IMG/VR virus record: IMGVR_UViG_3300028048_000001
Location: 64,001 to 128,000 of that record
Origin: a virus
Taxonomy: Duplodnaviria > Caudoviricetes
Direction: 5' to 3' (one strand)
DNA: 64,000 nt
A program made the translations under genes and the position numbers. Each line of letters starts with the position of its first letter. The first letter of the stretch is position 1. The notes below the pieces were generated by a model that ran no database searches, was not told the origin of the DNA, and saw nothing but the letters and a program-made list of their open reading frames with translations. Shown here in pieces: positions 29,014-38,789 of this stretch.

Positions 29014-31563
29014 TTAATATTTATTATTATCTAAATTATATTTACAATATTTTAATACATTTAATAAATCTTCTTCAAATTTTTTATTATCTTTAATATT
29101 TTGAATAAGAATTAAATTTCTATAAAAATCAGAAAGTTTATTATAATTTGATCTTAATACTTTTAAACTAAATTCATTAAAATAATTATTATTAGAATCA
29201 AAATCATGTTTAAGAGTTTTTATTTCAGGTTTAAGTCTAAAATAATATTTTTCAGCAGAATCGGTATAAAATCTATATCCATCTGGTAGTTTTATTTCAG
29301 TTTGATATCTAGATTCTTTATCTTCATCAGATGTATGATTTATATCAATAATTTTATCTGTATTATCGTTTATAATCGTATTTATCATATCTAAGATAAG
29401 ATATATATCATTTTTCTTCAAATATCCATCTTTTATCAATTCATCAAAAATGTCCATTAATTGACCAACAGAATATCCATCTGAATATTCTAAATATTTG
29501 TTTTCTCTAAGTTGATTTTCTCCTCTATAATTATTGTCTTTAATATATTCTTCATGAAAAACATTAGATATTACAGACCATATATAAGAAGAAATCTCAA
29601 ATATGTTTCTATTAGTAAATCTATCATCAGAAATTCTTGTAGCATCTAAAAATATCTGTTTATTGTCTTTACCAAATATATAATTATATAATCCAGTAAG
29701 ATCTATATTTATACAGCCTATACATGAGCATATATTAAGATTCAATTTACTATATGTATCATACATTGTTCCATTTTTATACCAATTTTTTACTTTTGGC
29801 ATAGAACAATTTATTTTATCAAATATTCTTCCTAATCGTACAGTATTTCCATCATATAAAGTACACATAGAATCTAATAAAATATCTTTATAATTAATAT
29901 TTATTAAAAGTGAATCATATTTAAATAGTTCATTATAAATAAAATCACTAAATATATTATTATAGTCATAATATTCTACAGCAGACATATCAGCAAATTC
30001 TTTATACAACATAGAAGTCAATTTTAAATCTTCTTTATTTAAACAAAATTGTACTTTTATACACTTTAAATATTGCAATAATTGCTCTTTTATATATTCT
30101 TCATATTGTAATGGATTTTGAAATTTTACATAAACTTTATTATTTTTTCTTCCTGATATTGTTTTATTTTTATTTAAAATTTTATTATTGACATTACTGT
30201 TGATATTATTCATAATATCATCTATTAAATCATTAATTTCAGAAAAATTAGAAGTAGTGTTTTTATCTAATACAATTACATTACATTTATTAGAATTATT
30301 AATGATATCTGAAATAGAATCACTGGTAGAGATTATTCCATTCACAAGCATAGAAACAGGAATACCGAAATTCTCTAATTCTTCTTGAAGCCAATTTATT
30401 ATTTCTGAATAACATTTTGCTACATTATTATCATTAATTTTATTCTCTTTTATTATATTATAATTTTCATCTAATAACATTATAACAGGAAAATGCATAG
30501 ATATATTTCTGTCTTTATCTAATACATCTGTACAACCTATATTTATTTTATAATATTTTCCTGCTTCATATTGATAGCTTACAATAGTTTTAAAATAATT
30601 CTTTATTTTTTGAGGAACCATAAGTGTTGTTGTTTTATTACCACAAAAGCATTGTATTTCTTCTAAAGAACTAATAATATTATCTACAGATTTTTCTAAT
30701 TGAAAATTATTATTAGATGGGATTTCAATATTATCTTCTTCATTTTCTTTTATAACATAATTTACAACACTTGATTTTAAATCTTGTACTAATTTTTTAT
30801 ACTTACTATCAGCAATATTTTTGTCTAAAATCCATTTATATTTTTTATTATTCTCATCCAAATATTCACTTAATATTTCGTAAAAATAATCGTCATTACA
30901 AACAAATTTATAGTCATTAAAATTTTTTCTTATATCTAGTATTGTAAACTCAAATGTTTTTAATGCTAATACAATATTATATATTATATCTTTAAGCATT
31001 TTAAAAATTTGTTCTTTTCTATTTTCTTTTTGGTCTATAATAGCTGTAGATATATAATTTGATTCGTCTTTATATACCATACAAAAATTAAATTTACCAA
31101 TATTATTTTTTGATTCTTCTATTATAATTTTAACATTAGTATTATTGTCTCTATTAAAATATACAGTATTAGAAATTTCTCCATAAAATCCAAAATTCAA
31201 TTCTTCTATATTGTTATAATCTTTATATACTGTATGTATTACATCACCGTAAGTATAATCTTCCCAATTATTATCAAATATATCAATTTTTCTTGGATAA
31301 TCGTTGATATAAGGCATCTCATCGTCTAATAAGTCATCAAAGATATAAAGATTCGAATCACATTTTGAATTTGCAAAATTTAAAAGTTCATTATTTGGTT
31401 CATCTAATCCAATATATGGATTATTATACATAGACCCTAAATCTATTATTAATCTGATAAGATTAGATCCTAATTCATCTAATATATATATAAATAAATT
31501 ATTATCTTTATCTTCATAATTTTTTAATATATGATAGATAACTTTTGATATTTCTTTAAACAT
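29014..31563 (-). CDS. Large hypothetical N/I/K/D-rich protein
   Basis: 849-aa ORF coupled by a TAATG overlap to the upstream gene; no recognisable motif. Confidence 0.6.
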   Translation of the reverse strand: MFKEISKVIYHILKNYEDKDNNLFIYILDELGSNLIRLIIDLGSMYNNPYIGLDEPNNELLNFANSKCDSNLYIFDDLLDDEMPYINDYPRKIDIFDNNWEDYTYGDVIHTVYKDYNNIEELNFGFYGEISNTVYFNRDNNTNVKIIIEESKNNIGKFNFCMVYKDESNYISTAIIDQKENRKEQIFKMLKDIIYNIVLALKTFEFTILDIRKNFNDYKFVCNDDYFYEILSEYLDENNKKYKWILDKNIADSKYKKLVQDLKSSVVNYVIKENEEDNIEIPSNNNFQLEKSVDNIISSLEEIQCFCGNKTTTLMVPQKIKNYFKTIVSYQYEAGKYYKINIGCTDVLDKDRNISMHFPVIMLLDENYNIIKENKINDNNVAKCYSEIINWLQEELENFGIPVSMLVNGIISTSDSISDIINNSNKCNVIVLDKNTTSNFSEINDLIDDIMNNINSNVNNKILNKNKTISGRKNNKVYVKFQNPLQYEEYIKEQLLQYLKCIKVQFCLNKEDLKLTSMLYKEFADMSAVEYYDYNNIFSDFIYNELFKYDSLLININYKDILLDSMCTLYDGNTVRLGRIFDKINCSMPKVKNWYKNGTMYDTYSKLNLNICSCIGCINIDLTGLYNYIFGKDNKQIFLDATRISDDRFTNRNIFEISSYIWSVISNVFHEEYIKDNNYRGENQLRENKYLEYSDGYSVGQLMDIFDELIKDGYLKKNDIYLILDMINTIINDNTDKIIDINHTSDEDKESRYQTEIKLPDGYRFYTDSAEKYYFRLKPEIKTLKHDFDSNNNYFNEFSLKVLRSNYNKLSDFYRNLILIQNIKDNKKFEEDLLNVLKYCKYNLDNNKY

Positions 31564-31952
31564 TATTTTCTCCTATTATATATTTGAATATTTTTTATCT
31601 GTTCATCTATCCAATCTTTTCTATCTATAGAAACCATACCAGAATTATGATCTACCCAAATAGCATAATCCGATTCACCACAATTAAGAAATTCATAATT
31701 TCTTGGAAAAGTAGAAAGAATATCAATAACTTCTCCTACTGTATAATTATCAAATTCTCTTTTTTCAATTCCATTATTGATATCTTTTTCGTTAATTTCT
31801 TTAATTTTTGCATTACTAATAGATTTTATCTCTGGCCATTCATCTGTATTAATAAATGTTTCAATATGATGATCTACACATTTTGCTAACTCTTCAAATG
31901 CATTATTTTCAATTTCTACAATCATAGATATATTTACTTTTTTAGTTTTCAT
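31563..31952 (-). CDS. Hypothetical protein
   Basis: 129 aa, GGAGG RBS, early-type promoter at 31994-32009. Confidence 0.6.
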   Translation of the reverse strand: MKTKKVNISMIVEIENNAFEELAKCVDHHIETFINTDEWPEIKSISNAKIKEINEKDINNGIEKREFDNYTVGEVIDILSTFPRNYEFLNCGESDYAIWVDHNSGMVSIDRKDWIDEQIKNIQIYNRRK

Positions 31953-31993
31953 AATAAACCTCCATTAATATAAAATTAGTTATTAAGTTATTT

Positions 31994-32009
31994 TTCATTA
32001 TTATAATAT
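31994..32009 (-). promoter_or_regulatory. Early-type phage promoter motif
   Basis: ATATTATAATAATGAA upstream of 31952. Confidence 0.65.
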
Positions 32010-32085
32010 CTTATTAAAAAGACTTTAAGTACTTTAAATAATAATAAAAGTTAACTAAATTATAATAGGAGGAATTATATATATT

Positions 32086-32919
32086 ATGATGAATCCTAAT
32101 GTATCACTTATTAAACTTGATGATATTAGAAATAGTGATGGTAAAACTTTTCATATAGGAGAACTTCCAGAAATTGAAGATACTCAAAACTATGATTTAA
32201 ATTCTCAAAAGGATCTACAAAGATTTATTAAGGACGTTAAATCTGAAGTTAGAACCTCTTTTGAATATAGAGAATTAGTTAGATATCTAAAAGAATATGG
32301 TGGTTTTGATAGATCTGGAATATCACAAAATATTTCAAATTCAGATGATTCTAAAGTTAAGATTGAAATTCATCATACACCATTAACTATTGAAGATATT
32401 GTCAGAATTGTCTACGAAAAAAGAAGATTTTATCATGAAGATTTATCTCTTGAATCTGTTGCTAAAGAAGTAATGGAATGTCATTATAAAGGAATAGTTG
32501 GATTATATCCATTAACAGCTACAGAGCATGAATTAGTTCACAATGGATATTTATTTATTCCGCCAAAAGATGTATTTGGTAGATATGATTTATTTGTATC
32601 AGCTTATGGACAATTTATGGAGCCAGAGGATAAAGAAACTTTAGAAGAAATAGAAGAATTTGGAAAAAATTATGATACAAAATCTCAAAATAAAATTCTT
32701 AATCAATCTAATATCTATATAGATTCTGCTGGTGCTTATGATACTCCTAAATTAGATGTAATTAAAGATGTATTTATTAATAGAATAGAAACTATTAAAA
32801 ATAATATGTATTCCTTACCGATATTAAGTGAACAATTACAAGAGAAAGAACCTAAAATGAGAGAAGCTATCTGTTTTGTAGATAAAAATGGTAATCGTAT
32901 TAATGAACCAGAATCTTAA
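32086..32919 (+). CDS. His-rich HNH-like conserved phage protein; paralog of 53511-54302
   Basis: IEIHHTPLTIEDI...ECHYK...PLTATEHELVH..LFIP..VFG aligns with IEMHHNFLTIYDI...QEHRE...MLSETAHQIYH..MYIP..CFG. Confidence 0.55.
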   Translation: MMNPNVSLIKLDDIRNSDGKTFHIGELPEIEDTQNYDLNSQKDLQRFIKDVKSEVRTSFEYRELVRYLKEYGGFDRSGISQNISNSDDSKVKIEIHHTPLTIEDIVRIVYEKRRFYHEDLSLESVAKEVMECHYKGIVGLYPLTATEHELVHNGYLFIPPKDVFGRYDLFVSAYGQFMEPEDKETLEEIEEFGKNYDTKSQNKILNQSNIYIDSAGAYDTPKLDVIKDVFINRIETIKNNMYSLPILSEQLQEKEPKMREAICFVDKNGNRINEPES

Positions 32920-32968
32920 TATTAATATTATTTAGTATTAAGATTTGATAACGGGTGCACGGTTATCA

Positions 32969-32982
32969 AACTTTTACATAAT
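32969..32982 (+). promoter_or_regulatory. Late-type phage promoter motif
   Basis: AACTTTTACATAAT, immediately after a 9-bp stem TTTGATAAC/GTTATCAAA (32944-32970). Confidence 0.55.
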
Positions 32983-32997
32983 ATATTAAATTCAAAA

Positions 32998-33567
32998 ATG
33001 GGAGTTAATACGATGTCTAATAATAACATTATGTATACACTTGAAGAAGATTTTACACCCTCTAGTGCTGTAAATGTTCATTATATGTCTCCTGAAGAGT
33101 TAGAGGGAAAAGAAAAAATTCCTACAGAGATTCCAAAATCTGATGGAAGAGAAATATTTCATGACAATGATGAAGAGAAGAATAGTCAAACAATTTCTAA
33201 ATCTTTAGTTTCTGAGAAAATTGCAAAGCCAGAAACTGATACTATGAATTATAGTTTATCATATCAGAACGATTATACTCCTATTGATGTTATTAATATG
33301 ATGAGAGCTGATCCTTCTAATGTTATGATAACTAGATATAATGATAATAATTATGTCCATTATAATGATATTAAAAATTATATGAATGCATCTGATATTA
33401 GAGATTATGATGTAGCTGCAAAAAATATCATAAATTCAAATGATGATGAATCACTTCATAATAATGGCTTAAAGATTGTTTTAACTAAATCTGAGTTTGA
33501 TGAATGTTCAGAAGAAGATAAAGCTAATCTTGAAGCTGCTAATATAGAATTAGAAATCTACAAATAA
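32998..33567 (+). CDS. Acidic putative internal head protein
   Basis: Late-type promoter; the C-terminal part resembles the repeated domain of the next gene. The start may be the ATG at 33013 (GGGAG RBS). Confidence 0.45.
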   Translation: MGVNTMSNNNIMYTLEEDFTPSSAVNVHYMSPEELEGKEKIPTEIPKSDGREIFHDNDEEKNSQTISKSLVSEKIAKPETDTMNYSLSYQNDYTPIDVINMMRADPSNVMITRYNDNNYVHYNDIKNYMNASDIRDYDVAAKNIINSNDDESLHNNGLKIVLTKSEFDECSEEDKANLEAANIELEIYK

Positions 33568-33581
33568 TGAGGTAAACAAAT

Positions 33582-34520
33582 ATGATTAAATATCTTAATG
33601 AAGAAGATATAGAGATGGATGTTCAAGTTGGTCCTAACGATGAGATAGATGTTAGTGCTGATCCTGAAGATGCTGCTCCTACTCAGTCTATTAATCCAGT
33701 TGATATTGCTAAATCTGCTCCAGAAAATATTCCTGTTGCTGTTGTCAAGAGTGATGACGAAAATGATACTGGTAATGAAGAGAAGCTTGAGTTTTATGTT
33801 GATTCTAGAGATGTAGAAAAGTATGCTGATCTTAATGAGTTTACTATGATTGAAGCTCTTAATAGTATTATTCATTGTTATGAAGAGTCTGGAATGAGAG
33901 CTGATAATACTACTGTTATTATTACTGAGTCTACTGCTAAGTATGCTAGAAATATTGAAAAGCATGGCGGAGCATATATGTTCATCAGAGAAGCTGATGA
34001 AGATATTAGTGTTGATGTTCAGGTTGGTCCTAATGGTGAGGACATGCAGGTTGATGCAGATCCTCAGGAAGCCAATCCTGTTGACGCTGTTAAGAGAGAC
34101 TATGGTAATGTAGTAGTTGCTAAACAGGGTGATGAATTCTTTACCGATGTCGAAGATGTTCAGAAATGTGCTGAACTGAATTGTGAATCTGTTATTTCTA
34201 CTCTCAATAACATTATTAAAGTTAACGAGGCAGATTGCGATATCTGTGCACAAAATCTGAATGTTGTTATTACGGAAAATGCATATTTTGATACGTTAGT
34301 TAATTTATATGAATCTAATGTAAATATGGTTTTTATTGATGAAGATAATGCTGTTTCAAGTAAAAAAGAATTAGTTCCTGGAACTAGAACTGCAGCTAGA
34401 GTTACTAAAAAAGGACAAGATCTTAGTAATGCTGGATTAATTAAGCATATTAAGAAAACTTATAATACAGATGATCCAAAAGTTAAAGAATTTCTTGAAA
34501 AACTTAAGAAAGAAAAATAA
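33582..34520 (+). CDS. Acidic putative internal head protein with two internal repeats
   Basis: EDIEMDVQVGPN..ADP..NPVD...YVDSRDVEKYADLNE and EDISVDVQVGPN..ADP..NPVD...FTDVEDVQKCAELNC; noticeably more G/C-ending codons than its neighbours. Confidence 0.55.
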   Translation: MIKYLNEEDIEMDVQVGPNDEIDVSADPEDAAPTQSINPVDIAKSAPENIPVAVVKSDDENDTGNEEKLEFYVDSRDVEKYADLNEFTMIEALNSIIHCYEESGMRADNTTVIITESTAKYARNIEKHGGAYMFIREADEDISVDVQVGPNGEDMQVDADPQEANPVDAVKRDYGNVVVAKQGDEFFTDVEDVQKCAELNCESVISTLNNIIKVNEADCDICAQNLNVVITENAYFDTLVNLYESNVNMVFIDEDNAVSSKKELVPGTRTAARVTKKGQDLSNAGLIKHIKKTYNTDDPKVKEFLEKLKKEK

Positions 34521-34537
34521 TATTATTATATAAATAA

Positions 34538-34571
34538 AAAACAAGTAAGTGATTATTCACTTACTTGTTTT
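34538..34571 (+). terminator. Intrinsic terminator
   Basis: AAAACAAGTAAGTGA-TTAT-TCACTTACTTGTTTT. Confidence 0.8.
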
Positions 34572-34584
34572 ATTTTTTAATTAA

Positions 34585-34600
34585 ATATTATAATACTGAA
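34585..34600 (+). promoter_or_regulatory. Early-type phage promoter motif
   Basis: ATATTATAATACTGAA upstream of 34630. Confidence 0.65.
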
Positions 34601-34629
34601 TAAAAATAAAAGAAAGGATGTGATATAAT

Positions 34630-35319
34630 ATGGCTTTAAATACAAAAGATTTTAGAGAATTGATTAAATTTATTGAGAAAAAAGATGATTATGATATTAT
34701 GAAATTTGAAGATTATACTAATCTTGAGTTTTACTCTGACATTTTTTCCAAAATAGGAAAATTTTGGTATATTTCAAGTAACAATGATGATATTATTGTA
34801 GTTGAACCAACATTATTGTCGGAGGAGTATGATATATGGAATAAAAGAAATCATTCTTTAAAATGTCCATATAGAATCACAAGACAATGGTTAAAAAGTA
34901 TCATTTATATATCTGATAGTGTAAAGCGTAGATATCCAAAACTTAACGAGAAATTAATAGCAAATCAATTATATAAATATTGCAATAGATTCGATTTTAT
35001 ACCATTGAAAGGAATTAATATTTATGATAATAAAGATTGGGTAGATATTTATAATAAATTTTCTAGTATTAATACAGAAATAGAAAAAGATAAAAATTGT
35101 ATGGGATTTTCTAATATTAAAAATGGTAATGCTTATGTAAACATAGATTCTGACTATAGTTTATGGGGTTTATTATGCCATGAAATAAGACATATTGGTC
35201 TTGAATGTAATCCTATATATTATAATATTACAGAAAAAGAAAGAGAAGAAGATTCTGTATTAGAATATGGTAAATTATGTGGATTATCATTCGATTGGGA
35301 TGATAGCTGGATGGACTGA
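34630..35319 (+). CDS. Putative zincin-like (HExxH) protein
   Basis: CMGFS..NGNAYVN...LLCHEIRHI...EREE; has its own early-type promoter and terminator. Confidence 0.5.
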   Translation: MALNTKDFRELIKFIEKKDDYDIMKFEDYTNLEFYSDIFSKIGKFWYISSNNDDIIVVEPTLLSEEYDIWNKRNHSLKCPYRITRQWLKSIIYISDSVKRRYPKLNEKLIANQLYKYCNRFDFIPLKGINIYDNKDWVDIYNKFSSINTEIEKDKNCMGFSNIKNGNAYVNIDSDYSLWGLLCHEIRHIGLECNPIYYNITEKEREEDSVLEYGKLCGLSFDWDDSWMD

Positions 35320-35320
35320 T

Positions 35321-35355
35321 AAAATGAAGAAGAGATTTGATCTCTTCTTCATTTT
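35321..35355 (+). terminator. Intrinsic terminator
   Basis: AAAATGAAGAAGAGAT-TTG-ATCTCTTCTTCATTTT. Confidence 0.8.
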
Positions 35356-35390
35356 TTATTAAAATTTAAAATCATGTTTTTTTGTTTACT

Positions 35391-35404
35391 TACTTATTTA
35401 TAAT
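35391..35404 (+). promoter_or_regulatory. Late-type phage promoter motif
   Basis: TACTTATTTATAAT upstream of 35431. Confidence 0.5.
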
Positions 35405-35430
35405 ATAATATTATTAAAGGAATTTTAATT

Positions 35431-36186
35431 ATGAGTATTTATTCATATGAAAATACTATTAATTCAATTTTAATTAATGAAAACTGTTATGATATTGATT
35501 ATTATATTACAGAATCTGGAACTAATATTGGTCAAATCTCTGGATTTAGCCAGCTTGCCACATTTATGATTGCTACTGCTAAAAAAGTTGGTGGTAAATT
35601 AACTGGAAAAAAGAATTATACGTCTAAAAGTATAGAATATCAAATTGAGAAACTTAAAAAATTAAGTAATAATATTGATGAAGAACTTGAAGATTTAAAA
35701 AATAATAATTATAAAATTAAACCAAGTTATGTAGCTAAAAACTTTTTTGGATGTTTTATTAGTTTAACAGTAGCAACTTCTATAGAATCTGCTATTTTGG
35801 TTGGATTTAATAAACAAAATGCAAAACTTATAGTTAGACAAAATCTGAATAATAAATATAATATAGCAAAAGAAGCCATTGATAAAGTTTCTAACGGTAA
35901 TACTAATTTTGCTTCTGCTGCAAAACAAGGATTAGATCATGCATATATTGATGCTTTTGACAACAGTATGAAATCAATAGATGCTAGATATAAAGCAGCT
36001 GGAATCACTGCTCAAAAAATAGCATTAGTAATATCTGCTATTATAGCAGCTGGTACCACTATTGCTATTCTTAAAGATTATAAAAAATCTTTAATTGATT
36101 GGAAAAAGAGTGTTGATGAAAATATTAAATTATTAGAAAAAGCACATAAAAAAGCTTTAGAAAAAGAATCTCAAAAATCAAAATAA
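35431..36186 (+). CDS. Hypothetical late protein with two hydrophobic segments
   Basis: 251 aa, late-type promoter; N-terminal LINE/ITES motifs followed by basic helical and hydrophobic stretches. Confidence 0.5.
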   Translation: MSIYSYENTINSILINENCYDIDYYITESGTNIGQISGFSQLATFMIATAKKVGGKLTGKKNYTSKSIEYQIEKLKKLSNNIDEELEDLKNNNYKIKPSYVAKNFFGCFISLTVATSIESAILVGFNKQNAKLIVRQNLNNKYNIAKEAIDKVSNGNTNFASAAKQGLDHAYIDAFDNSMKSIDARYKAAGITAQKIALVISAIIAAGTTIAILKDYKKSLIDWKKSVDENIKLLEKAHKKALEKESQKSK

Positions 36187-36206
36187 CTTATAATTTGAGG
36201 TAATAT

Positions 36207-37598
36207 ATGTCTATATTTAGTCCTACTAATTCATGTCAAATAGATTGTTCTAATAATAAATATTTTCAAGAATCTATTGTTGATGATGCTAAAACATATG
36301 TTGGTAATTTAAAGGATTTGTTTGATCAATATAAAAAAATTGCTAATACTTTTACTACACATAAATGGATACAAAGATATATTGATAAAAAAACATTAGA
36401 TCAGATAAAAAAACATTATGATACTATTTGTGATGATAAAGTAAATTATTCTACTTATAAGAGATCTTTCGAATTTATTAGAAAATTTATGGGAATATCA
36501 GGAAATGTTATTATAGAGAATATTGTATTTTCTAATGTTAAAGAAGATAAAGAACTTTTTAAAATTGCTATTAAATATTCCAAAGGATTAGCAAAAATAA
36601 AAATTCCAAAAGGTATAAGATTAGTTCATGTTTCTCCTGTTGGAGGTATTAATGAACTTATTCCTTCTTTTAAATCTAAAACCAAAGGTAAATATTTTTA
36701 CCCTTCTAAAAGATGTTTCTTTACTATTATGAAAGATATTAAAGTTAATCAAGCAGGTCTTGAAAATAAAAAACTTTATAGATATTGTACTGTAAACGAA
36801 TATACAGATGCTTATATAGATCCAACATATAATACATTTGGTGAAAGAGCTATTTATATAGAAACAGATTCACCAATTAAAGTTATGCCTTTTGAAAAGA
36901 AAATGCTTAATTTATTTAAAGAAAATAATATAGAAAATTTATATAATGGAAAATATTTTATAGAAAGAAAAAATATTAATGAATTTTTTTTAGATGATAG
37001 AGAGACAAAAGAAACTATTAAAAGACTTATCCCAAGAGAATCTGTTAGTCAGTCTAAAAACAGTTTTTCTAGTTCTTTAGATAATGAAGAATATAAAGAA
37101 ATAAAAGAAATATTTAATATATTACATAACACAGAAGACTATAAAGAATACAAAAAAGCATTCGAGAAATTGTGCAAATTCTGTCATATTGCTCCAAATG
37201 GAACGATCATTACTAAACATACTATCACTGGAAATGAAGATAGTGGGTATAAATTAGATGTAGAATATTCATATAATAATAAAAAAATCACTTTACCAGA
37301 TGAAGTTGCATTATATCATATGAGTAAAGTGGATCATATTACAGAATTAGAACCTAAATTTAGAGGAAAATCTGAAAGAGGCTATTTATATTATAAACCA
37401 AGAATATATTTTACAATAAAAAGAAATATGAGTAAGATAAGTGCTGATATTAATCCATTTAGTAATTCTAAAACTCATGTTTATATTTCTACTAAAAATA
37501 TTAAAGATGTTTATGTAGATCCATTATTAAATGCTTCTCTTAATGGAGCTGTATATGTTGAAACTTTTTCAAAAATACCAGTAAAGAAATTAAATTAA
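36207..37598 (+). CDS. Protein with two tandem ADP-ribosyltransferase-like domains (putative)
   Basis: Internal duplication: LVHVS..INELIPSF..RCFFT..YIDP..AIYIET and LYHMS..ITELEPKF..RIYFT..YVDP..AVYVET. Confidence 0.45.
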   Translation: MSIFSPTNSCQIDCSNNKYFQESIVDDAKTYVGNLKDLFDQYKKIANTFTTHKWIQRYIDKKTLDQIKKHYDTICDDKVNYSTYKRSFEFIRKFMGISGNVIIENIVFSNVKEDKELFKIAIKYSKGLAKIKIPKGIRLVHVSPVGGINELIPSFKSKTKGKYFYPSKRCFFTIMKDIKVNQAGLENKKLYRYCTVNEYTDAYIDPTYNTFGERAIYIETDSPIKVMPFEKKMLNLFKENNIENLYNGKYFIERKNINEFFLDDRETKETIKRLIPRESVSQSKNSFSSSLDNEEYKEIKEIFNILHNTEDYKEYKKAFEKLCKFCHIAPNGTIITKHTITGNEDSGYKLDVEYSYNNKKITLPDEVALYHMSKVDHITELEPKFRGKSERGYLYYKPRIYFTIKRNMSKISADINPFSNSKTHVYISTKNIKDVYVDPLLNASLNGAVYVETFSKIPVKKLN

Positions 37599-37600
37599 TA

Positions 37601-37630
37601 AAAAGAGAGGAACCTTTGTTCCTCTCTTTT
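37601..37630 (+). terminator. Intrinsic terminator
   Basis: AAAAGAGAGGAAC-CTTT-GTTCCTCTCTTTT. Confidence 0.8.
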
Positions 37631-37636
37631 TTCTTC

Positions 37637-37650
37637 AACATTTCTATAAT
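37637..37650 (+). promoter_or_regulatory. Late-type phage promoter motif
   Basis: AACATTTCTATAAT upstream of the holin-like gene. Confidence 0.6.
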
Positions 37651-37678
37651 TCGCAAAGAAAAGAAAGGATTGTATTAA

Positions 37679-38215
37679 ATGAATGATCTCATAAAATTAT
37701 TCACAGAATATTCTTTTGGATCTATTCTGGTTTTTATTTTTCTTATCCTTTCATCTGTAGCTGGAGTTTATAGTGTTTTTACTAAGATTACATCTTTATT
37801 AGAAGTCTATAGGGTAAGACGAAATTCTATTGAAGATAGAGATAAGAAAATAGATGATGCAATCAAACAAGTTGAAGCTATTATAGAAGTTCAAACAGAA
37901 CGGATAAAAAAAGATGAAGACAGAATAGAAGAACTAGAAAAAAACACTAAAACTATTAATGAAAATCTTAATAAATTTAACAAAGCAACATCTAGAAATG
38001 CAGTTTACAAACTTGCTAATGAACTTATTGCTAAACAATGGATGTCTCAATCTGATTATGAATCATTACAAGAATTGTCAGATGTATATATGAAATCTGG
38101 AGATTCTCATTATGTGATTCCTAATATTATTCAAAGAGCTTTAAATCTTCCTGTATTAACAGATGAAGAGATTGAAGCTAAAATGTCAAGACATAGAGCT
38201 GACTTTAAATTATGA
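37679..38215 (+). CDS. Single-TM coiled-coil protein, holin-like
   Basis: N-terminal hydrophobic helix, coiled coil and a C-terminal KQWMSQSDYESL..VYMKSGDSH segment reminiscent of Firmicutes phage lysis-module membrane proteins; late-type promoter. Confidence 0.45.
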   Translation: MNDLIKLFTEYSFGSILVFIFLILSSVAGVYSVFTKITSLLEVYRVRRNSIEDRDKKIDDAIKQVEAIIEVQTERIKKDEDRIEELEKNTKTINENLNKFNKATSRNAVYKLANELIAKQWMSQSDYESLQELSDVYMKSGDSHYVIPNIIQRALNLPVLTDEEIEAKMSRHRADFKL

Positions 38216-38220
38216 TTTAC

Positions 38221-38250
38221 AAAAGGGAGAGATAAGAATCTCTCCCTTTT
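38221..38250 (+). terminator. Intrinsic terminator
   Basis: AAAAGGGAGAGAT-AAGA-ATCTCTCCCTTTT. Confidence 0.8.
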
Positions 38251-38283
38251 ATTTTGTACTTATTAATAAAATATTTAAGGTAG

Positions 38284-38673
38284 GTGATTTTTATTAGAAT
38301 TTTACTTATTCAAGATGTTCATATTATGCCTACAAATATTAAACAAATATTATCTACCTTTGGAGAACTTATAGTTCTTAATGATGGTATGGAATCTTTA
38401 AATAAAATAACAAATTTTAGTATAAAAAATATTGATATAATATTTATAGATATTATACTTCCTAAATTGTCTGGATTAGATGTTATTAAAAAAATAAGAA
38501 CTTTTGAAAAGAATCAAAATTTGCATAGATCTTATATTGCATTAATGATTCCACCATATTTTTTTAATCTTAATAAAAACGAACTTTTATCTAATGGAAT
38601 TGATAAAATATTTGTTAAACCTATTAAACCTAATTCAATTAAAGATTATCTTAAAGAAATTAATCTAATATAA
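38284..38673 (+). CDS. Stand-alone CheY-like response regulator receiver domain
   Basis: IRILLIQD...NDGMESL...IDIIFIDIILPKLSGLDVIKKIR...GIDKIFVKPI; the phospho-acceptor Asp and the KP motif are retained. Confidence 0.8.
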   Translation: MIFIRILLIQDVHIMPTNIKQILSTFGELIVLNDGMESLNKITNFSIKNIDIIFIDIILPKLSGLDVIKKIRTFEKNQNLHRSYIALMIPPYFFNLNKNELLSNGIDKIFVKPIKPNSIKDYLKEINLI

Positions 38674-38678
38674 TTTGT

Positions 38679-38720
38679 AATTAATATAAGAGAAGATTAA
38701 ATTCTTCCCTTATATTAATT
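38679..38720 (+). terminator. Imperfect hairpin terminator
   Basis: AATTAATATAAG-AGAAG...CTTCC-CTTATATTAATT followed by Ts. Confidence 0.55.
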
Positions 38721-38763
38721 TTTATATTGTATATAACGTAAAACTAAAAACTACTATTATTAG

Positions 38764-38779
38764 ATATTATAATATTGAA
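38764..38779 (+). promoter_or_regulatory. Early-type phage promoter motif
   Basis: ATATTATAATATTGAA upstream of the RNase H gene. Confidence 0.65.
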
Positions 38780-38789
38780 AGGTGATAAA

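Noticed and set aside
33558-34253. 231-aa antisense ORF
   Set aside because: Shadow of the codon-biased plus-strand gene; no RBS, I/F/S-rich composition.
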